A stretch of DNA of 64,000 nucleotides from Epiperipatus broadwayi (Eukaryota; Animalia; Onychophora), in contig JAQFVV010000003.1 in the NCBI GenBank assembly GCA_028023455.1, positions 25,482,001-25,546,000 of the forward strand, in the 5' to 3' direction. The translations under genes were made by a program, and so were the position numbers. Below the pieces are notes generated by a model. The model was given only the letters and a program-made list of their open reading frames with translations, had not been told where the DNA came from and did no database searches. This document shows, one piece after another, positions 51,521-64,000 of this stretch. The number at the start of each line of letters is the position of its first letter. The first letter of the stretch is position 1.

Positions 51521-54500
51521 ATCATTTTATAATCAACACATATAATTTTGTATATATTATTTAATTTATCAATTTTTATTTCATTATTGTAGTTAATTAA
51601 ATTACCTTTATTATTTCTTTTTATATACACTAGATTTATTTTGGATATTAAACATATTTTTTATTAGTTTCTCATTATTTTTCTTATTAATCATAAAACT
51701 TATATAAATTATTTTTATTGATTTATTATTAATAATTTTTCTTTTTATCTTATTTTCTTTATTAATATTTATAAGCTTATTTATTATATCAATAGGATAA
51801 TCATTAACTTATGTTTCTTTTTTAATTATTTTTATAATATCCTATTTCTTTAACAAATGTAATTTTTCTAATTATTTAAAGAACATACAAATACAAATTA
51901 CATAATAGGGACAATCAAAATTATAATTTTTATTCATATTTTATTTTAATCATTTTTAAGCCATGACACCACAACATTAATATTTCTAATTTCATTTATT
52001 TTAATTGAACCTTGCAGATTTGCATAACTATATATTATTCTGCATGGGTTTATATATAGGTATTGTAATCCCACCTTCAAGTCATAATAAATAGACAGAT
52101 GTAGATAAATAAATAGATAGTTGAATGAATAGGTGAATTGATGTAAGAATAGATGGATATATATATATATAGTTAAAACATCCTTTTTAAATATCCATTG
52201 TAAAGCAAAGGTTTTTCCAATAGCCTTTACAGAAAAACAAGAGTAGAAAAGACAGTATCAATCTTACCAACTGCTAGATGATAAGGATTTGAAAGTATTT
52301 TTGTATATTAGTTTCATTTTGCAACTAAGAATAGCTTGATAACTATTTGCCGACCAATGTCAGAGTATCATCTGGATTGTGTATGTTCCAACAACCTGAG
52401 AAAAAAATCCTAAGTACTTCGAATAAAAAATTCACTTGACTTAAATTTAAATCTCAAGTTTGAGCAAGTCCTGTGTGTGTATATATATCAGAGCATTTTA
52501 AAACACAGTTATGAGTATAATAGTGGGTTTTTTTTTATTTTACTGTGAATTTCAATAAAAGAAAATTTTAAATGCTTTGATTTATATAAGTTACAATCTT
52601 TTAATTTATTATATATATTTGTTTTTGTCTGAAACAATTTTATAGAATAATGGTTATGATATACCTACATATTAGAATTTGAATTCAGAAATCTTTGCAT
52701 TTTTTTAATGTAGCTGAGGATTTCCAAGCAAGAATGGAATTGACTTCAAGCCACTAAACCCAAAGTCATGCTAACTGGTCATATAATTATTGATCAATAC
52801 AGAATGTGTAGTTATTCATAGCTAAAAGATAGACAAAAAACTATCAGTACTCAGTGACAGATTAACCTGATAGGCAACATTCTCTTCTTTGATATCCTCA
52901 TAGAGGCATTGCTAGATTGGTTATTTAGGCCGTTTTATCTTTTTTTTTTTTTTTTTATCTATCAGGCGCATTTCACATAGTGTATAATTACATATATACG
53001 TGTATGTTAAAACAAAGTGGAGATATCTAGGCAATATAGTTCTATAAACAAACATTAAGATTTGAAAATTGCTAACTATAGTCGTTCTCTTGACATAATA
53101 ATTTACTTTAACAAATCATTTTAAGAAATGTTATAAACTTTAATAAACAATGCCATCTTATAACGCATATACTAGTTTTATCAAATTATTTAGTATATAA
53201 AAATAACTATGTATAGTATGCATTATAACGGTGGATGAAAATTTACCAGATAATTTAATTTATCGTGCAGATTATACATAAAAATAAATGAAGCAATAAG
53301 AAATAAAAAATTGATGTGCGTCAATAATTCAATTTTTAATAAAATTAAAAAAAAAAAAAGATAGAACAGTTTAAAACTGCGAATATATAATGCAGAAACT
53401 AAAAAGATTAAACTCATTTTAAAATGAATGAATTTCAATATGAGTTTTAATATGGAATACAATATACTAAATAGACTTATATATAACCATAAACTGTATT
53501 CTGCTTTAATAAAATGCTGCTTTATCTTAATATATAAAATGCTTTCTATATTGGTGCAGTGATGCAGACGATGCCCAGCTGTGCTATTTTCAATGTTAAA
53601 ATTGCTTATAAACTTTTAAACAATAAAATTATTTTTTTTTGTTTTAATATATAAAATAACATTGCTTGTATTCTTGTTATGGATAAAAAGCTCTCAAAAG
53701 TACGGGAATAAAATATTATGCTTGTGTTATGTGCATGTGTGGGAAGATGTTGATGACTATAATTAATAGAGGGTATGTAAATTCTTCATAATGCAAATAT
53801 TTGCATTATGAGCAAGTAATTTCTATTATTCACTTTGATACAGAGCCATGTATTATAAACTTGAGTAGCAAATGGCCCTGAATAACAGTAATTTATCCAT
53901 AAATCAAATTTCATTTCTGGCTATTGGACTTCTCCAGTGAGTAACATAGTATTTTGCACTCACAATAGCTAAAAGTAAGTCTGGAGATTTGTATATAACT
54001 TTGACATGATTTTCATTGATTACTCAAGTTTACAAAGATGACTTTTGTAAAGAGTAAATTATGATTTTTAATGTAGACATAAAGCAAAGAGAGTAATATG
54101 ACTCTTTATTTAGTATATTGAAAATAGTTTTTGAATGTTTTTTTTTAAATTTTTGCTTAAATATTTGACTCATTAATATTTACACTATCCAATTTGACCT
54201 AGTCTATGTATTAAGATGGATTTATTAAGCTTTTCTAAGAAAATTGCTGTTACTAAAATTTCTACTGGGTGATTTAATTTTTTTTATAATGCATTAATTG
54301 ATAAAGTTTTTTATTTTGTACATCCAGTATTTTCAATTTCAACAGTTTTTCATATTAGATGATAAAGAGTTTTCGTTAAGGTTTGTGATGATGGTAATTT
54401 AGTTGTATTTATATATTGGACTATTTCCATCATCTAATATTAAGTATCGAAAAATTTAACTTTATTTAAATCTTTCAATTACAGAAAAGTTATTATGCAC

Positions 54501-54563
54501 AATGTTTCAAGAGGTATTATTCTCCCCTCTTCTTCAGGTGTTGCTGGCCTGACCAATGATAGT

Positions 54564-54642
54564 ACTAGCATGGGAATTGAACCTATAGCCTTAAATTCTT
54601 GAATATTAAATTTTAAGAAACACTCTAACCAACTGAGCCATA
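54564..54642 (-). mobile_element. tRNA-derived SINE head remnant
   Basis: Minus-strand A-box tggctcagttggttagag and B-box ggttcaattcc. Confidence 0.55.
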
Positions 54643-56879
54643 TATGTCTCAAAATAATGATAAGATGTAATAGAAAATTCTCTTTAATTCAGAGATGTCT
54701 ATTATTAGCTTGAGTAATCAAGGTAATTATGCTAATATATCTATACCCACTGACTAGTTTCTGGTTTAGATGCTTTGTTAGTGATAACTTAATGGGAGTA
54801 ATGCATCTCATATTAATTATCTCTTTTCCTTCAATTATGCTACAAAATAACAGGCTAAAATTCAAAAACACTAATATTATGAATCCATTCAACATATGCA
54901 TATTGTTTATAAATCTAGAATTAGGCCAATAAATATGTATATCAGTAATTGCAAGTTTATATTAATTGTAAGGCACTATTTACTCTTTAATTAAAATGCT
55001 AAATACTAACAAAACATCACATTACTTTCTCTGCCTACATGAAACAAACTTTTAGAAGCAATTGTCTCCAGTCTATATCTTGAATCAACATGGGTAAATG
55101 GCAATATTTGTTATTAGTGTAAAAAAAAACTTGTGTTATAAATAAATACATGTTATTGTTTTACAGATAGATTATCATTATTTTAAGCTGCCTATCAATG
55201 TCTATTTTCTGAGCGCTTTTAAAGAGGCCACTACATCATTGCAAAAATTTACACAAAAATTACAAATTATTTCTTTAAGGCTCTGCTGGCTCCAAATAAT
55301 CTATTACCTGTGTTGCTATGTATTGGAAGGCTTTTCTTTGTAGACCATGATTTTGAGGAAACTGATTTAAGATTAGTTAAATATTAGATAACAACTGGTA
55401 TCTCCTATAGTAGTATATATAAAAAAAGTTCTATCCTCAGTAATTCTTTGATGCTTCTATTTATTGCTAAAATTTTATTGAGAAACTAGAAATTATTGTG
55501 CTCCACAATCATGGTTAAATATTTTTTTTTGTATATTTACCTTTACTAAGCAATACTTCATCATCAGATTTAAATCCTATTTTGATCTACATATATTCTT
55601 TGCAGTAAACATTCTGAGAATGTGTTACATTTGTTTCAATTCTATATATACTTTGCATCATTCATTTTCCATAAGCAATCAATTAATTTCAAACTGTTGC
55701 TATGCAAAAGTATTAGGAAATTTTCAGCCATAATATATAATATTCATCATACTTCCAGCCCAACATTTGACAATAAAAGATATAATGTCTTTTTAAAAAA
55801 GGATATGATTTAAAGCAATAGTGAAGGATTAGGCTCTAAACTAAAGATTGATAGAGTGAAACCCAATCCATCACTTTGCTTGAATATCAAATGACCTGCC
55901 AAACAACTAAACAGTTATTTTTTGTGAATTTATTTATTTTTATTATTATATAAGCCATAAAAATTACTATTTTAATTTTGGAATAATGTAATTTTGAATT
56001 AATGATACTTATTTTAGATTAACATTTATTATTAAACAATATTGAATGTGTGCCAAATGTTTATTTAAATATTAATAATAAAATTTACAAATATTAAAAA
56101 TGGCAATACTTCTTATTGATAGTATTTTTTCGTTTAAAAAAAGAGATGCCTATTAATTGATTTATATGAAATGCACCTGCATTCAGAGAAAAAAACTTTC
56201 ATTATTAAGAGGGAAACATAAAATATTGGAGATTGAGGCCAAAGACAAGAAGATGAGTCTGTAAATATTAAGATGTTTGAATAGTACACTAAGAAATTGT
56301 CAATTTTCTTAAAAAACAATGATAAGTGTGTAAGATATCAACAATAACATTAAATGATCCTGCCATATATCTATTTATAAACTTCCAAGAACAGTTAGAT
56401 ATCTTCACTCTTGAGTTATCCGAGTAATCAATTGATACAAATGGTATAGTGCTATAAAATATTTATCTCCAGGCCATTTTGATAGGTTCAGAGTGAAAAC
56501 TAAGAATCAAAGCTGGATCTAATGTATTTATTTATACAGCAATCTAAAAAAATCCTAAGATTTTAATTAAGCTCATACAATATTATTTGGTTAATTATAT
56601 AATCTGACACTGAGTCAACTAAGATCTCAATTCCATATCAATTGAAGGTACCTTTTATGTTTCAAAGCAAACTTTATTAGGCAAAAGTTGATTGCATCAT
56701 ATCAGATTGTACATTGTATCAAACATAATATACTAGGATCCATCATTAAATACAGAAAGAAAAAACATTTTTTTTACCATTAGAGTCTTATAGTAATTGT
56801 TATAGTTTTCATATTTCAATTCTTATTATTGGTCCATTCTGGCTTTCCATTTTTTCTGAGGTTATGTTTTGTTTATCCA

Positions 56880-57960
56880 TTATAATGCTGCTCTTATTTT
56901 AAAAAGAGATTAAGTGGTGGCAAAAATGTCCAGTGGTACAAGAAGATTGTCTCTTTCTTTAAGTTTTTTGAGCTTGTTATATGTGTTAGGATATCTTCTT
57001 GGATTGTTTCCTAAGATAAATGTTCATCTGATACACCATAAGGCATATATGCAGAAAGTAGCTGCACATATTGTTGGTATTTTGTTTTCCTTGAATGTTT
57101 TCAGCATTTTTTGTAGTGTAATTTTACTATTCCTATAATTGTTCAATATCAGTTGTCTAACTTTCTCTAAGCCTCTACAGTAGTGTATCAAATGTTCTTG
57201 TGTTTCTTCTTCCTTGTGACACAAAGCACATATTGGATCAACATTTAGGTAGAATCTCCTGAAGTGAATGAAATGTGCTGTAGGTAAAGCATTTAGATTC
57301 AATTTGAGAATAAAGTCAAAAAAGTTTGTTTCTAGATACCATCTTTTGTATTTTTTTGAGTAGTTGGCTATTATCTATTCCTAATACTGTTAGCTTATTA
57401 TTATCTTCTCGGTTCTGAGATAGAAATCCATGTATTTGCCAATAAGTATATTTAATATGGTTCTTAAGTGTTATTTTGTTTTTAATGTTTTCAATACTTA
57501 CCAATAATGTATTTATATAATTATCCATGGGAGGGGTTGGTCAATGGGTGTGATTTCTAGTTTTTGCTCTATATTTGGAACCATCTAAATATAGCAATCA
57601 GTAGATTTACTGTTTTTTGTGTGTAGAAAGTTTGTATTTCATATTCTATTTTGTTAGTTGGTTTACTTGCTTTATTGAAATTGCTACTACCTTTCTTTTC
57701 CATAGCAGCTAGTTGCATAATGAGTTAATTGCTGAAATAAATGATTTTGTGAAATTTATTATTGGCAAATAGTAAGTGATTTTTGTCACAATAAGCTGAT
57801 TGTATAAAGATACTTTTGAGTAGATTGAGAGACAGGATTTGGAGTGTGATTCAGTGATTCTCTCTGCTTCTGCTTTAAGTTTGTTTTGTATTGACTTTCT
57901 CATTTGATTCATGCCCAAATGCCTTTTATCCTTTGGTTAGAATGGTTAATGCCAATAATA
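56880..57960 (-). mobile_element. Decayed 3' part of an L1/Tx1-type ORF2
   Basis: LSIYSKVSLYNQLIVTKITYYLPIINFTKSFISAINSLC and LNALPT...DPICALCHKEEETQEHLIHYC...YALWCIR. Homologous to 28480-29720. Confidence 0.8.
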
Positions 57961-59396
57961 ATATTATTTTCTCACAGATTTTATTATATGCATTCAAGAG
58001 CAATTATTTCAATCCTACCTTAGAGTTATCTTTGTAAGCTTGAGTAATCAACGATCACTAGACAGTTTAGAGCTATAAAAAGGAGTAAAAGAAAGCTATT
58101 ATATGCATAAATACATTAGATTTAACTTAGAATCCTAGACTTGGGAATTTTATAGTAGTTTATTATTTATCTATTGATAACACTCATTTTACAATAGATG
58201 GCTTTAGAATAGAGTGAAAATAACTGATCTTGAAAGTATAAAAAATGATATAGCTGTAAATATTAAGGTAAGTGTAATATTAGGTAAAGTAGCCATAGAG
58301 TATAACATCATTCCCAGTAATCAAAACAATATTATATTAAAGTCATATTTTTTACTTGTAATTCTTAATACCTTGACACTTATCTGATATATCCAGATTA
58401 ACCTGTAGTCTTGTTTCTAATTAAGAATAGCTAGATATTCATTTTCTAATCATTATAGAATGATTATCTAGATTGGGTATGAGTTGCACAGCTATAGATA
58501 TCTATTTTCAATATTATTGGATGATTATCCGCCTTGGATATGAGTAGTCTATCTGGGAGGGGGATTCTAAATCTGAGACTTAAAAAAAAAGTCAAAATAT
58601 ACCTGGTCCAGATTCAACTCCTCAAGTTGTAAGAATATCAAATAGATGTGTTTACCATCATCCTTTGTCATCTATAAATATATTATTTAAAAAAAAAAAA
58701 TTCACTGATAAACTATAACTGACAAAAAATAATTATTATTTGCTTGTATTACTTTATTAAATAGTTTAACTATCTCAACTGTCTTCAATAATAGAATTTA
58801 ATATGTATATTATAGTAACAAAATTATTAAGACATTCTGGAATTAGTAAACAATTAATACACTGTATATACACTATTTTTATTTATTTAATACGATTAAA
58901 TATATAAATGTTTTTGAAATAATTTCCTTTTCCCCTTTTTTTGAAAACAAAAATATTGCTTTCCTCGTGTTTTATTTTCAGACATCTGCATTAAGAGACA
59001 CCTATATTTAAATTTCAAAATAAAAATGTAATTAAAAATAATTAGGCCAAGGTGATCCCAATCTAAATGAAGCCTTTTTTTAATTTACTAACATTGTTAA
59101 CGCTTTAATAAAACCTTATTATAACCATATTAATTTAGTTCGGTTGAACAAACCAAAAACACTGTCTTATTGTTCAGAAAAAAAATCTTATTAAATAAAG
59201 AAACCTCTTAAACGGATGCTTTTATTACAACAATATGGAATACAATCATTCCAGAAATTCTTATATTCTAAATATTAAAAAAAAATTCTGGGTATTAAAT
59301 AAATAATATTATATTTGGAACAAATTATATATATATTTGTAAGAAGCATGCATATAATTGAAGAAAAGTAAAATAGTCTTTAAATAACCGACTTCG

Positions 59397-59409
59397 GGGT
59401 CAAAGGTCA
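59397..59409 (+). promoter_or_regulatory. Consensus nuclear-receptor DR1 motif
   Basis: GGGTCA-A-AGGTCA. Motif match only. Confidence 0.3.
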
Positions 59410-60234
59410 CCCAACAATTCCATATAGGATGAAAAGAGATTACCAATGGTTGAGAGTTTGCAGTTTTTTCATTCTTGTTTTACTCCTTAGCTAAAAACAG
59501 TTTGACGCCCAGTTATTGACCAATATTAGATGGTTAACTGGATTGGATACGACTTTGCTGCCCAAAGAAAAATTCTAAACTGACTGCAACCAAGTTTTGT
59601 CTAGTTAGAATTTAGATCCAGAACATGAATATTATAAGAGATGTATGTGCTATAGTAAATGACAATTGTGGTTAAATACAATCAAAATATTTATCATTCA
59701 CCGGTCAAATGACATTCATGCACTATAAATGATCGATTAGAATTGAAATTAATAGATTATTAGTTATCAGGTCCACCACTTAACCACTGCATTCCAGCCA
59801 TTAATAATCAATTGCAGATTAAAGGCCATTCTAGAATTTTTTTTACAAATGTTCAATGCAACTTTTTAACCTAAAATAAGTTTAAATAAATATATATAAA
59901 GGTTCAAATAGTCCATATGTGGAACAAACATCATGCTAATAGCTCTTACAAAAGTAACTGTGAAAAAAAAAAAGATATTACTCACCAGACTTTCCAAAAT
60001 AATAGGAATAAGAATTTTAAAAAAATTGCCATTTCCTTTTAAATATAATTAGATGAGTTAACTATAGTTGACCATCTAAAAAAATCCTAAACTCGAAAAA
60101 AGTTCCAAAGCCTTTTTCAGTCTGGACTCAAATTTTACATCATTGACACAAAATTTTTAAATATGTACATATAAATCTTATATATATAATACATATTTTG
60201 CGGGTTCATCCGTGTTAAAAACTTTTAATATTAA

Positions 60235-60281
60235 TATACTGACGTTTTGACTTGGTCACACAAGCCATCCACAGAGTTATA
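60235..60281 (-). ncRNA. Mirror copy of the hammerhead-like motif
   Basis: act-CTGTGGA-t-ggcttg-tgtgac-caagtc-AAAA-c-GTC-agt. Confidence 0.5.
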
Positions 60282-60901
60282 AAAGGTAGAAAGACGGTTG
60301 TAGAGGCGCTACAATCACTGATTTGAATAAAATGTTAAAATTCCACCAATAGCAAAAAATGTTAAATTTAGGAATGTTTTTTAAAAAAATCTTTCCAAAT
60401 AGGAGGAAGTTTGCATGTATCATCTCACTTATTGATACAATCTGGCCTTTTAAGTATCTCAATGGCTTCTCTAATTTTGCATTGGTAGAGATTATCACAT
60501 CTGGATATGATCCTGGTACTAGAAAAATCAATTTTATGACCTGAATCTATAGTATGGAGTGAGAGTGCTGATGATGATGAGTGTTGTTTAACTGCATTAG
60601 CATGCTCATCTCTCCTAACACTGATGCGATGATTACTCATACCTATGTAAGAAGCTTTACAATTTTTACATGAGATTTGATAGACACCATGAGATTCAAG
60701 AGGGATTGAATCCTTAGGCTTGGTTATTATATTGCTGATTTTTTGATGAGCAGAAAATGCTGTATCTATATTATAGTGTTTTAATATATGCCCGATACTG
60801 TCTGTAGTTCCTTTTACATATGGAACACAAATCCTAATAGCTGATTTATCATCTTTTTGTTTCCTATCTTGTCTATTTTGGGCTTGAAATAAGGCTTTTT
60901 T

Positions 60902-62128
60902 TTATAAATTTGTAATTATAACTATTTGCCTATTTGCTATTAAAACACTATTAATATGATTTATTTCTTCTTTCAGATGTGTCTCATCTGAAAGGTTAAT
61001 TGCTCTATTTAAAAGAGTTTTGGCTACAGAAACTATCTGAGTTGGGTGATGATGAGAATGGAAATGCAAATATCTGTCTGTGTGTGTATCCTTTCTGTAA
61101 ATAGAAAAAGATAAACTATTTGGTGTTCTGGTGACTAGAACATCAAGAAAAGGGAGTTTTCCATCAGACTCTGTCTCCATTGTAAATTTAATATGAGGAT
61201 GCATATTATTTAAATGTAAGAAAAAATCATCTAATTTATTTTTTCCATGTTGCCATATGACAAAAGTGTCATCTATGTATCTGAGCCAAATGAGAGGTTT
61301 TAAAGATGATGATTCTAAAGCACGAGTTTCTATATATTCCATGAATAAATCAGCTATTACTCCTGAGATAGGTGAGCCCATAGGAGTACCAAAAACTTGT
61401 CTGTAATGCTGTCCATTGTATACAAAATATGTATTTAAGAGACAATGTTTAATTAAAGCAATAATATGGTCTGGTAAATTGCAACGTTGTGAGATTATAT
61501 TTAAAGCTTCATCAATTGGAATGTTTGTAAACAAAGACACGACATCAAAACTGACCAGAATGTCATTAGCATTAATTTTTAAACTTTTTAAAACAGAAAT
61601 AAAATGAAGAGAGTTTTTAATATATGATTTAATAGATGGGATTGTAGGTTTAATGAAATCCGATAAGTATCTGGCTAAAATATGAGTTGGAGAACCTATT
61701 GCACTTACTATTGGACGAAGGGGGGTATCTGGTTTGTGAATTTTTGGAAGTCCATAAAATTTTGGACAGACACAAGATTTTTCACGAGGGATTATTTTAT
61801 TTTTTATCTCTGTTTCAATAGGTGATTTATTAATAATAGCTTTTGTTGTTTTTTCCAAATACGTAGTATGATCTCTTTTTGATAGTTTATAAGTTTTATC
61901 ATTAAGCAGATCTAAAATTTTATTATGGTAAATGTCACGATCCATTACAACTGTGGCATTACCTTTATCAGCTGGAAGTACAACAATTGATTTGTCCGAT
62001 TTTATATTATTTAATGCTTGTCTTTCTTTCTTTGAAATATTATTTTTAGGAAGCTTAGCTTTTTTAAAAATATTACAAATCTCAGCTCTAGCCAAATCAG
62101 CCGATGTAGAATCAATTTTATCTAGAGC
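60902..62128 (-). pseudogene. Penelope-type reverse transcriptase, 5'-truncated
   Basis: 415-aa open stretch with YIDD at 61268-61279. The ORF-track start (62149) lies in the inverted copy and is not a real start codon. Confidence 0.9.
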
Positions 62129-63084
62129 TTTTCTTGATGTTCTAGTCACCAGAACACCAAATAGTTTATCTTTTTCTATTTACAGAAAGGATACACACAC
62201 AGACAGATATTTGCATTTCCATTCTCATCATCACCCAACTCAGATAGTTTCTGTAGCCAAAACTCTTTTAAATAGAGCAATTAACCTTTCAGATGAGACA
62301 CATCTGAAAGAAGAAATAAATCATATTAATAGTGTTTTATTAGCAAATAGTTATAATTACAAATTTATAAAAAAAAGCCTTATTTCAAGCCCAAAATAGA
62401 CAAAATAGGAAACAAAAAGATGATAAATCAGCTATTAGGATTTGTGTTCCATATGTAAAAGGAACTACAGACAGTATTGGACGTATATTAAAACGCTATA
62501 ATATAGATACAGCATTTTCTGCTCATCAAAAGATCAGCAATATAATAACCAAGCCTAAGGATTCAATCCCTCTTGAATCTCATGGTGTCTATCAAATCTC
62601 ATGTAAAAATTGTAAAGCTTCTTACATAGGTATGAGTAATCGTCGCATCAGTGTTAGGAGAGATGAGCATGCTAATGCAGTTAAACAACACTCATCATCA
62701 TCAGCACTCTCACTCCATACTATAGATTCAGGTCATAAAATTGATTTTTCTAGTACCAGGATCATATCCAGATGTGATAATCTCTACCAATGCAAAATTA
62801 GAGAAGCCATTGAGATACTTAAAAGGCCAGATTGTATCAATAAGCGAGATGATACATGCAAACTTCCTCCTATTTGGAAAGATTTTTTTAAAAAACATTC
62901 CTAAATTTAACATTTTTTGCTATTGGTGGAATTTTAACATTTTATTCAAATCAGTGATTGTAGCGCCTCTACAACCGTCTTTCTACCTTTTATAACTCTG
63001 TGGATGGCTTGTGTGACCAAGTCGAAATGTCAGTATATTAATATTAAAAGTTTTTAACACAGATGAACCCGCAAAATATGTATT
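62129..63084 (+). mobile_element. Second, shorter 5'-truncated copy of the same PLE, inverted (RT thumb, GIY-YIG, tail)
   Basis: Near-identical reverse complement of 60186-61151. GVY...YIG at about 62584-62631. A frameshift in the A8 run near 62370 separates the RT frame from the GIY-YIG frame. Confidence 0.95.
62991..63037 (+). ncRNA. Minimal type I hammerhead-like motif in the PLE tail (variant core)
   Basis: act-CTGTGGA-t-ggcttg-tgtgac-caagtc-GAAA-t-GTC-agt. Confidence 0.55.
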
Positions 63085-64000
63085 TTATATATTTAACCCG
63101 TGCAAATCTTCGTTTTAACACACACACACACACACATATATATATGTAAACAGTATATATAAACATCTTCAACCTACTTTAGAGCTAATAGTGTATATCT
63201 GATTAATCAATGAATTCTAGGCAGTGTAGCAACATAAAATTTTCATCTCAGATAAATTCGTTTTTGGCTTTTGCCGAAGATTGGTATTCACAGCTGGAAA
63301 GAGTGCCCTTATATATCTAGAAGCTAACTTTTACTCTTTTACATTATTAAAGTTATTTCTAATCCTCATTGACAAAAAAAAAAAACAATTCAGAAACTGG
63401 TTAGTCTGGAAATAGAACTTTTAAAGCACTATAATATCCAGTGTTCATTAATAATGTAAGCTTGCAATAGATGTCTCTAGAAGAGTGAGGATAATTGCTC
63501 ATGGATGCACATGAATAAGTATTAGAGATCATTGGGTGTTTGTTAGACACCTTTGCCTGAATATTTATGATAATAGCATTTTATTTATATGTTGGATTAT
63601 TTTCATCATCTAATTGAATTGTTAAATACTTTTTGAAAAATTCAGACTTCATTTATAATTTTCTAAAATCATTCAACTATTATATAATAATATATAATTA
63701 GTATGGAATATATTTTGAATAGCATAACAGAAAAAACTAGCATGATAAATTGAACTAATAACCTTTAGATATAAAAATATTAAATTTAAGGTGATGCTGT
63801 CTAAACAATTAGGCTATTCTGTCAAAGGCAAAAATCAATAAAAAAATGTATGTATTATCTATGTAAAAAATTGATAATTCAGAATGGCTTTTTGGACAAA
63901 TATATAAAATTTCTACTGTTTTACTTTTACAAAATATTCTAGCCACTTAGAGAATCACCTTAAATTCAACATTCAGTAATTTGAAGATCATTCATTAGAT

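Larger units (their letters stand above)
60186..62128 (-). mobile_element. 5'-truncated Penelope-like element (RT + GIY-YIG + 3' tail)
   Basis: RT motifs LPADKGNATVVM, FYGLPKIHK...LRPIVS, SFDVVSLFTNIP, GTPMGSPIS and WLRYIDD. GIY-YIG GVYQISCKNCKASYIG. Disabled by an 8-nt duplication (gcaaatag twice, near 60920) and stop codons. Confidence 0.95.

Noticed and set aside
55240-55365. Possible minus-strand exon (FPQNHGLQRKAFQYIATQ) with plausible splice sites
   Set aside because: No compatible neighbouring exon or recognisable protein, so it is unsupported without RNA data.
61932-62399. 155-aa plus-strand ORF spanning the PLE junction
   Set aside because: Chance fusion of antisense RT sequence with the inverted RT thumb; a product of the junction, not a gene.

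Overview
Very AT-rich, strongly CpG-depleted eukaryotic DNA, most likely from an invertebrate animal (the species cannot be told from the sequence). It is dominated by transposon relics, and no host protein-coding exon could be called with confidence. The only long intact ORF (20472-22469, 665 aa) is a LINE ORF1/Gag-like protein. It sits alone, without ORF2, in a 2.8-kb insertion bounded by a 16-bp target-site duplication and ending in AATAAA plus an A-run, so it looks like an ORF1-only ('half-LINE') retroelement. At 60.2-63.1 kb is a Penelope-like element (RT + GIY-YIG) made of two 5'-truncated copies joined head-to-head, each ending in a minimal hammerhead-ribozyme-like motif. The same head-to-head geometry recurs in several small palindromes (1.7, 3.5, 4.8, 15.9, 34.1 and 50.1 kb); four carry hammerhead-like motifs and two have apparent TSDs. 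Also present are a decayed RTE LINE, three L1/Tx1-type ORF2 3' fragments, a Buster-type hAT transposase relic and hAT MITEs, Tigger/pogo and piggyBac relics, a Merlin-like MITE, tRNA-Gly-derived SINEs, two CpG-retaining islands, and a probable low-quality assembly stretch at 18.0-18.5 kb. All alignments and counts were done by eye and no database searches were run.
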